Shown here: piece after piece, positions 55,031-64,000 of the stretch | How positions within the stretch are numbered: position 1 is the first letter of the stretch | Layout of the letters: the number at the start of each line of letters is the position of its first letter | Source of the DNA: Gordius albopunctatus | Taxonomy: Eukaryota | Direction: 5' to 3' | DNA length: 64,000 nt | Assembly (NCBI GenBank): GCA_964276515.1 | Contig: OZ193910.1 | Coordinates: forward strand, 3,658,001 to 3,722,000 | Position numbers and translations under genes: made by a program | Notes under the pieces: generated by a model | What the model was told of the DNA's origin: nothing | Seen by the model: only the letters and a program-made list of their open reading frames with translations | Database searches by the model: none

Positions 55031-55650
55031 AAGTATCGGGTTAATTAAGAAAGTTTAATGCTCCTGTGCCTTTTTGGGAGGGAAAAATTCGAGAAAAATC
55101 TCGATCTCGTCTCTTCTGAGACTTTGAAAAATTGGGTCGAGATCGAGAGAGAATTTCTACCACGAGACGAGATGATACGAGATTTTATTCGCGAGATCTC
55201 GGTTTAAAATTTCTTAATTGATCATCATAATCATAATATAGTAAAGATATTTGTGCATTTTCTATTTTGTAATTGACATTTAAAATGTTAAATGTAAATT
55301 ATTATAATTGGAATTAAGCTCTAATCCACTAAATTTTATGGGCGATTTTGCACTACACTAAAATATATGAGAGCTTTAATAATAAAATAATTAGTGGTTC
55401 AATTATTTTAAAAATGGAATAATTAAATATTTTGGGACGGGTCATACACTATAATAAAATCGTTTAGTTTTTGAATATAAAGTATTTATATATAAAACTA
55501 GCTGTGCCCGACCAAGCGTTGCTTTGGTTTAGGTTTTATTTAGCTAAATGAAATTAGTGCGTATTAATAGGAAATATATCAAAGAATTTGGGTTATCTGT
55601 ATGAGAGTTTATGATGTAAAAGATATTTTTTTATAATGTGCAAATACATA

Positions 55651-57298
55651 TCTTATATATAAAAATAAAACTATGTGTGTGTGTGTATATGCCGCCACCA
55701 ATTTTGGAAAACTACCAGACCGATTTGGCTCAAAATTACACAGTTTATAAGATTTGTTCGAGCCAAATCGGTCCAGTAGTTTTTGAGCTTTTTTAGTTTT
55801 AGAGAAAGAAAACATATCCCTTTTGGGATCACCCATTGGCGGTGAAAAATCTCTCTTAAATTTTCTTCATAAGAACCTTGAAATTTTAAAATCTAAAACG
55901 GAACTTTTAAAATGCTTGCCAGCGCATCACTCATTTTACATAATCAAAAACTATTTTAACATCTCAAAGATTAATCATTGTTTTCGCTCATCTGGCGCAT
56001 TTTTACACACAGACGTTTTAAAGTCGTACGAAGGCTTTTTAAAAACGTTATTAGAAAAAATTTTAAATTTAAAATTTAATACTAACAATTGGATTCAAGC
56101 ATCCCTCCCAACCAAATCTGGAGGATTAGGAATTCGCCCTCCCGGCAGCATATCGCTAGCCGCTTTTATTTCCTCTTTTAAGTCGGTCCAAAACTTAATT
56201 TTTAATCTCATAAAACATGATTCCGACCCCCTGCTAACTCAAGCCTTGGAGCTTGGGAATTTGAATGTCACACTCGAGACCATCCAACCTCAAAGTACGA
56301 GACAAAAGGATTGGGATTCTGGACTAGTATCGCGCTCCGTTGATTACCTCTTATCGAGCAGCGATGATAGCCAGCATTACAACCTTAGGTCCCTCGCTTT
56401 CGACGGTTCCGGTCACGAGTGGCTTGAAGCCTATCCCAGCAAACTTTTGGGAATGCTGCTTGAAGACTTTGAGCTATCATATTCCATAGCTTTAAGGTTG
56501 GGGATTAGTTACAGCAGAGAATTCAACTGTCAAAACTGCCTTACCGTTGTAGACGAATATACTAGGCACCCTCTACACTGCCTAGCAAACAAATATAAAT
56601 ACGTTAGGCACACTAAAGCTTATTTATTAATTCAAGCTGCCCTTAAAAAGTCCAAAATCCCCTCAATCCTTAAGCCGTCCGATCCCTCCCTTGAAGGTAG
56701 GATGCGCCCTGACGGCTCTTCTTTATTCCTCTGGCAAAATGGCCTATCCCTCAAATGGGATATTACTTGTATTGACCTTTTTGCCCCTTCCCATTTTAAT
56801 TACGACCCTATCGCTACAGAAGAAGGGCGTAAAACTACAAAGTATTCTGCCCTTTTGGCATCCAATATTTTTATCTCTGTCGTTGCCACGTGCTCCGGTT
56901 CCTTTGGCAAACAGGCAATGGGGTTTTTTAAAGAAATCGGAAAACGCACCCCGAAATCTAAAATTTCTGCGTCCTTTTTACTCAGGCAACAACTAGGGAT
57001 TCTTGTTGCACTATACAACTTTAAATCCTTTGCCGACTCATGGCCCATTTTAGAAGAGAATGATATAGATCTTTATATTTAATCAATATATCTTTATTTT
57101 TGTATTTTGCTTATTAATGTAACTTTGTTTCTTGAAAATAAACTTTTTAACAAAAAAAAAAATTACACAGTTTATAAGATTTGTTCGAGCCAAATCGGTC
57201 CAGTAGTTTTTGAGAACGGTTTAGTGCCTGATTGTCAACTTTTGTAAACAACAACACAATAATGTATAAAGCAAAACAACGTTTGCCGGTTCAGATAG
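55651..57298 (+). mobile_element. Non-autonomous mini-Helitron (about 221 bp without the CRE insert)
   Basis: A|TCTTATATAT start, (TG)n, internal inverted repeat, 3' hairpin GCAAAACAACGTTTGC followed by CGGTTCAGATAG (degenerate CTAG). Confidence 0.75.
55788..57158 (+). mobile_element. 5'-truncated CRE-like non-LTR retrotransposon (RT C-terminal part, zinc knuckle, restriction-like endonuclease)
   Basis: Uninterrupted ORF from the junction to 57082: LLGSPIG, QASLPTKSGGLGIR, CQNC..HPLHC, RH, RPDG...WDITC, EEGRKTTKY. AATAAA at 57137-57142, then a poly(A) tail. Exact 56-bp direct repeats at 55732-55787 and 57159-57214. Confidence 0.9.
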
Positions 57299-57738
57299 AT
57301 ATTTATATTATTAAACACCTTCAAATTTTGTTAAATGAACTGAAAAGAATACAAATTTTTCGCGAGTATAATGAAAGCAAAAAATTATCTATGAGAAAAA
57401 AATCTAAAAAATTAGATCGTAAATGGCTTTTTATTGCAGCGTTAGCTTTAGAAACATTTGATCACACATAAGGCAAAAGATCACCCTAGTTGTAATTTTG
57501 TTCACGATGTAAGTTTACATCGAATGGGGCAGCATCAGATCGATTTGGTGGAGGCCTAGCCAATTGACTCAAAGCTTTATTTCTGATTTTTAAGCATATA
57601 TCTTCAATAAGAACTAAGGTTTTTTTATAGAGTTGTAGCATTTGATCCATGTTAATATTAGGATGCGCATGACCATTCCGATTAATGATATCTTCTGCCA
57701 TGTCTGATTTATTTTGATTCCATAAATTGGTAGGATAT

Positions 57739-57790
57739 AAAACTACCTACGACGGTCCCAAGTCCGTGTGCAAAAAGTGGAGGGTTGGCG
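57739..57790 (+). ncRNA. Twister ribozyme-like motif (P1 type) at the RTE 5' end
   Basis: T|AAAACT-AC-CTACG-ACGG-TCCCAA-GT-CCGT...AAAAGTGGAGGG aligns with the recalled P1 twister pattern U|AACACU-GC-CAAUG-CCGG-UCCCAA-GC-CCGG..AAAAGUGGAGGG. Confidence 0.75.
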
Positions 57791-60777
57791 TCAGGTCGAA
57801 AACCGTCTATAAAAATCAAATCCAAAATTATCACAGTTTCAAACAAGATTTCATAAGAAAAGGCTAGGGCGTCCTCCACAAACGACGCGCACTGCATACC
57901 CCGCCTGTTCAATGTGAAAAATACACTAGGGTTACTGCCTAACTCACAACGAAGGCGGTTAAGGAAACTAGTTGTGGAAAGAATACGAATTACGTGCTGG
58001 AATGTGGGAACGATGACGGGTAAGAGCATCGAGGTCGCACAGATGCTAAAATGAAGAAAGGTACACATCACCTGCCTACAAGAGACGAGGTGCAATGGAA
58101 CGAAATCTCAAGAATTAGGAGAAGGATACAAGCTTTTCTACAGTGGGTCATCAAATCGTAGAAACGGGGTCGGTATTGTTCTAAGCGAATCGTTCAAGGA
58201 CAAGGTGGTGGAAGTCAAGCGTTGTTCCGACAGGCTAATGTGGGTGAAAAGTGCAGATCAAGGGGGCCTCCTAAACGTTATATGCGCGTATTCCCTCCAG
58301 ATTGGATGTTTGGAATCAGATAAAGACATATTCTTCGATTCATTGGAAAAGGAAATACAAGGAATAAGACAGGAAGAAAGGCTATTTATTGGGGCAGATT
58401 TCAACGCTCACGTTGGGAAAGATCGCCTCGGGTATGAACGCAATCATGGAGACTATGGGCATGGTCTGAAGAACAAAGAAGGGGAAAATAGTCTCCAAGT
58501 ATCCAAAGCATATGACATGGCGATTGTTAACACCTATTTTCAAAAGCGCGAAGATCATATTGTTACCTATACTATTTGCTTATACGGCGAAAGGACTTAT
58601 TGAGTATCAAGGATTGTAAAGTAATACCGGGAGAAGAAATCGCCAGGCAACATCGTCTCTTGTTATGGATCTTGACAGAAGGGTATTTCCCGAAAGAAGA
58701 AAGGTCTATGAACCTTTAACGATACGAAAGGGTAAAGGATACGTCGACGAACAACGAATACCATCAAAAAGATTGCTAACTTTTGGGTGCAAGGAAGTTG
58801 CAAAGGGACGTAGACGACGATTGGGAGACGCTATCTAAGGACATTAAGGAAACAGCGATTCGTGTTCTAGGACAGACCAAAGGAGGCAAAGCTATGAATA
58901 GGGAACTATGGTGGTGGGATCAATCGGTTAAAGATTTCATCGAAAGAAACAAAGATCTATATAGAGGGTGGTATAAATCAAAAAACTTGGAGGATTATCA
59001 AGAGTACAGGTACGCAAAGAGGGCCGCAAAAAATGCAATTGCAAAAGCGAAGAATGCTGCGTACACCGAGATGGCAAACAAACTGGATCATAAAGGGGGC
59101 GATAGGCTTATGTACAAATTGGCCAAGATAAGGGAGAAGAAAAGTCGAGATGTCGGAGTTCTTAAAATAGTCAAAAGCGAGAAGGGTCAAACCTTATTCA
59201 AGCCGAAGGAAGTGATGGAAAGGTGGAAAGGATATTTTAAGAAACTTATGAATATTGCAAATGACAAGGATTCCCTTCCCGAAATTTAGCCAAATATAAG
59301 TATGGTCGAACTCTTTCAGATGGATGAAGTTAGGACACAAATGAACAAGATGCAAAAGGGAAAAGCAAATGGCCCAGATGGAATACCTATGGAAGCATTG
59401 CTCGGATGTCGTGAAGAAGGAGTCACCACCATGACGAACCTCCTTAACAAGATATTGGTAGAAGAGCGAATCCCTAATCAATGGAGAGCAAGCACGATTA
59501 TACCCTTATTCAAAGGCAAAGGAGACCCTCAGGACTGCGGAAATTACAGAGGTATCAAGCTAACTTGCCACTCCTTGAAGCTTATGGAAAGAATCTTAGT
59601 AACAAGGCTGAAAAACGAGGTGGAAATATCGGCTAATCAATTCGGATTCGCGGCCGGCAAATCCACAATTGACCCAATCTTCGCCCTAAGACAAATGATG
59701 GATAAGTATGGTGAAAAGAGGAAAGACCTACATATGGTTTTTATCGACTTGGAGAAAGCTTATGACACGGTCCCCCGCGATTTAATATTGTGGTGCCTGA
59801 GGAAACAAAATATCCGCGACGCATATATACGGCTTATGAAAAATATTTATGAAGCTTCAAACTCTTGCGTTAGGACGACAGTTGGAGACTCTAAACCTTT
59901 TCGGGTTAATATTGGATTACATCAAGTTTCTGCTTTAAGTCCCTTTTTATTTAATATAATTATAGACACGATTACGAGGGACATTCAAAAGCCATCGCCA
60001 TGGTGTATGCTATATGCAGATGATATAGTACTATGCGAGGAAACAAGGGAGAAAGTATTCGAAGAAGCAGAAAAGTGGTCAAAGCGCTTAGCTGGATATG
60101 GTTTAAAGGTCAACGATAGTAAAACGGTATACATGGAACCCCATCGCTGGATGACCATCTAAAGTACCCAAAAGTAGACAGGTTCACATACCTCGGCTCG
60201 ATGCTACATCAAGAGGGAGGATGCGCAACGGAAGTCAATGCCCGGATCCAAGAAGGATGGCTTAAATGGCGAAGTAATCCGGTGTAATGTGCGACAAGAA
60301 AATGCCAATATGGTTGAAGAGCAAAGCTTACAAATCCATCGTAAGACCGGTGTTACTCTATGGAAGTGAAACATCGGCATTAAAACACCACGGAATTAAA
60401 GCTATTACAAGCCACAGAGATGAGAATGATACGATGGAACTTGGGGTATACTAAGCTCGACCATATGACGAATGACTTTCTCATGACAAAAATGGGTATT
60501 CAACCTATGGCCGACATGATTAACGAGAATCGGCTAAGGTGGTATGGGCATATACTAAGCAGGGATGCGGATGACGTAAATCGAAAAGTACTGGACATGG
60601 AGGTACCGGGGAAGAGAGAAAGAGGACGACCCCGTGTCACGTGGAAAGGGCAAGTCGATAAAGTTATGGAAACTAAAGAGATTAGTCAAGACATGGCACT
60701 CACCGGGTCAAGATGGAAGAAACTTGTCAAAACAAACCCACCAATGTGGGACCAAATAACTTATAAAGAAGAAGAAG
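57739..60777 (+). mobile_element. Full-length but disrupted RTE-clade LINE (APE + RT)
   Basis: APE motifs CWNVGTM, CLQETR, GADFNAHVG. RT motifs KANGPDGIP, NYRGIKL, QFGF, FIDLEKAYD, GLHQ.SALSP, YADD. (GAA)n tail. 15-bp TSD AAATTGGTAGGATAT (57724-57738 and 60778-60792). Several stops and frameshifts. Confidence 0.95.
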
Positions 60778-62089
60778 AAATTGGTAGGATATGACGGAGA
60801 GCAGGAGTTTATTATAATTGCAAACAATGCACGAATTTGTTTTGGATGTGAAGTATGGCATGCGTCACTAATTCATTCATACCATTGATTATCATGATCT
60901 AATAGAAGAATGGCAAGGCATGCACTGCGGAAAGTGGAATGTGCAATGTAACCACTTTTAACTGATGCAAACACGTTGGACCGCGAACGTTATTTTAATC
61001 ATGCTAATAAGGAAACATTCATATAGACTGAGATATATAGTGTATTTTATAGTCGTGATATCGTATTATCTTTGAATATGTCAGGCCGCTACTCGCTTTC
61101 CGTGTTTGCGACGTTCAAAGGATCTGCTGTGCGAATTCCAGTGTAATACGTAAGCACTTAGCAATATAGCAACGTTTGCGCAAAATCATCATCCTGACAG
61201 CTTGAATAACGCTATTAACGTTGTATCTGGGGGATTTAAGGCCATATTGGTGACATTTGCATTTGTGAAATAAACCCATTGCCAATTTTCTACATTTACA
61301 ACTACATGAATCCTAGCATGACTGCGTTCATGTATAGGAAAGGGTATAATACGCCATATAGCTTATTTGCTGGTTATATATCTTCCAGTCTGATACTAAA
61401 CGATTTCATCGGTATGAAGGCTCGCTCTATTCGCAGTGCTATCTGGTTTAATGGTAAAAAAATTGTCATACCACTACCTTTGTTAGTGTGCTAAAATATG
61501 TATTTGATGGATTTAACCGAGTTACAATATTCAACATTGATGTGTGCTTTGCATAATTTTGATAGCAAAGAACAATATGGAACAGCCCAGCGGTTATAAC
61601 TTCGACGATTTAGTTCCGAAGTTCTATGGTTACCACGTTCCCACCACCTTTGTACATAGGATATCCATCATTGCCTTGATTATGTTGCATACCAAGCTTA
61701 GAGGATATCACTTTGAGCATTTACCGTCTATATTTAAGAAAATGGTGATGTTTTACGGTATTTAGACTCTTTATTTGTCACAGGCTTATATATAGTAAAA
61801 GACTGGCGTAGTTGAGTAAAAAATTGAGACAAGAAAGATAAAGCTATCGTGGAAAGAGTTTAAGACAATAAGTAGCACCATAACGATGAATAAGTAAAAA
61901 AAACGTTGGATCTCTCGTCCGCTAGATGGCGGGTATAGACTACCAAAAAACCGCGGGTCGATAAAAAGTATATATAAACCATCTAGGATGCTAGGGCAAT
62001 AATCTGACCAAATTTGGTGGCAATCGGTCGAGAACTTTAGGAGTTTTTAGAGGCCGAAGAAAATGGAGTTACATTTATATATATATAGA

Positions 62090-62215
62090 CTAGCTGTGCC
62101 CGGCCAAGCGTTGCTTTGGCTTAGGTTTTAATAAGCAAAATTAAATTATTGCGTATTAATAGGAAATATATGGAAGAGTTTGGGTTATCTGATGTAAAAA
62201 ATATTTTTTTAAAGC
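62090..62215 (-). mobile_element. 3' end of a second copy of the same Helitron, joined head-to-tail
   Basis: CTAGCTGTGCCCGGCCAAGCGTTGCTTTGG...GGGTTATCTG is closely similar to 55498-55600. Confidence 0.85.
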
Positions 62216-63209
62216 AAGAAACGTGGGGATGTTTCTATGGCATATGCCGAAATTAACCTAATATATTCTATCCTTGATAAATCATCCTTATAATATTAAA
62301 TTCTATTAATGCCTACACACGGGCTGCCATCAATCACGAAGAAGATATGTTAATTTTCCAACAACTATACGTTATTTATATAAAGATACCCTATATTGGA
62401 TAATTATTATCGATTTTTGATATTATCGATTATTATGCATCACATAGCAATAATATTATTATTTGTTTTCTGTTACTGAATAAAGTATTAGAAAAAATGT
62501 AACTGATAAAAAGTTAATATAGATAGTCGCGGAACTAACTCGCGTATTCGCGGGACTATTATACGCGAAAATTCAAAGCTAAAAAATAAGTATTACGCGT
62601 AACGCTGGAAAAAATTAATTGGTATTTGACAATTCGGTAGTTTTAAAAGCATAATTACAAGATCCCTTAAACTTATATAAATTATATGATTATTATTATT
62701 CATTTAGTCAATTATACTCCAATATAATTCTATAATATTTCCAGTTTATTTTTATGATAATTTTCCCGTCAGTACAACAAAAAAAATTATGTGTGTTTCA
62801 ATATCGTACATCCAACATAACATATATTTTGTTGGGGTGGAGCGGTTGGGGTGCATTGAAAGATTGAGGATTAAGGATTTACACTTCCCCAGTGTAAATA
62901 TTCTTATCAAGATTCTAAAAATACATTCATGATGACCTCGATATTTAATTTATGGTTTTCTTTTTACAATAACGAGTATTATTTTGACATAATAAATTTT
63001 CTTTTAATATCTTCTGGATCTTCAACATATTCTTTGATTGATGATACATGTTTGTTGTTGGTGATTACGAAAATAGCTTTTAACTAGAGTGGAATGAGGT
63101 TAATATGGTAACGCGTGTGTAGGAATTAATAGAGTTAATAGTGTTTAACATTAAGGATGATTTATCAAAGATCAAATAAATTAGATTTATTTGGGCATAT
63201 GCCACACCT

Positions 63210-63745
63210 CCTCTTTTTAACAGCTGATCACTGCCCTTTGAAAAATAGGTGCGGACACGCTTAAACCAAAAGGTTTATCCGTGTTGATTGTTAACAAATT
63301 AGCCGAATTTTCATCTACGCGAAGTTGAAGATAAGCATTAGCCAAATCAAGCTTTGAAAAGTACTTACTACCTTTCAGGTTAGCTAAAACCATTTCTAAT
63401 ATAGGCAAAGGATATTTAACATCAATTACACATTTATTAATTGTTACGCGATAATCCGCGCAAACCCTAATAGTATCATCACTCTTTTAACTGGCACAAG
63501 GGGAGTGGCCCATTCCGAAAATTCGATTGGTTCTATTATGTCATCTTTAAGCCACTTATCTAAAACTTGGTGCACTTCCTCTTTCCACATTAATGGAATG
63601 CATCTAGCCGGACAAAAACGTGGTACAGCATTAGAATCAACACTTATCGAAAACATAACATTATTTAAACAACCCAATTCTTCATTAAAAATTTCGTTAT
63701 ATTTATTCTTAATGTTATTAATTTTAATATGCCATAATTCAAATT
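63210..63745 (-). mobile_element. Degenerate Ty3/Gypsy RT N-terminal fragment
   Basis: PRFCPAR...IIEPIEFSEWATPLVPVK and YPLPI...GSKYFSKLDLANAYLQL...PFGLSVSAPIFQR. Confidence 0.9.
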
Positions 63746-64000
63746 TATGCCTATAGCTCTTGCGATGGTTTACGGTTTAAAACGTTATCGAGAATATTTA
63801 ATTGGTAAATCTTTTACTTTGTATACCTATCATAAGCCATTGGTAGCTTTATTTGATAAAATTAATACAGAATTTTTAATGTCGCCTCGACTACAGAGAT
63901 GATTATTAACTCTTGGTAATTTTTCATTAACTTTAAAATATCGAGAAGGTAAAAGTAATAATTTGGCTGATGTGTTATCACGAATGAGTGGGAATAATAT
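63746..64000 (+). mobile_element. Ty3/Gypsy RNase H C-terminal fragment
   Basis: YGLKRYREYLIGKSFTLYTYHKPLVALF...SPRLQR*LL.L..F...LKYREGKSNNLADVLSR. Confidence 0.85.

Larger units (their letters stand above)
55498..62089 (-). mobile_element. Internally deleted Helitron (about 1.9 kb without nested insertions) with RepHel remnants
   Basis: 5' TC(TA)n at 62089. 3' hairpin CCAAAGCAACGCTTGG followed by CTAG (55498-55501) and T. RepHel-like peptide STFRSAC..LLDHDNQW...HPKQIRALFAIII..CSPSYPTNLW..KSDMAEDI...LIEDICL...PPPNRS rejoins across the RTE insertion. Confidence 0.88.

Overview
This is AT-rich, intron-containing metazoan (probably invertebrate) DNA, not prokaryotic. The species cannot be determined from the sequence. 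Two spliced protein-coding genes lie on the minus strand. The first is a Myt1/Myt1l/St18-family CCHHC zinc-finger transcription factor (12 coding exons, 2814-15224, about 1421 aa, 4 fingers). The second is CPSF3/CPSF73 (17 exons, 41192-52329, 714 aa). About 26 kb of non-coding DNA separates them. It holds many copies of a short hAT-type MITE, other non-autonomous DNA transposons, a DINE-1/HINE-like element with internal tandem repeats, and candidate neural enhancer motifs. The last 11 kb is a nested transposon pile. An internally deleted Helitron (55498-62089) carries a mini-Helitron. That mini-Helitron was hit in its internal inverted repeat by a CRE-like restriction-endonuclease LINE with an exact 56-bp target duplication. 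The large Helitron also carries a full-length, degenerate RTE LINE whose 5' end begins at a twister-ribozyme-like motif. It ends in a head-to-tail CTAG|TC junction with a second copy, and Gypsy remnants flank the pile. All exon and element boundaries were read by eye and family assignments come from recalled motifs, not database searches.
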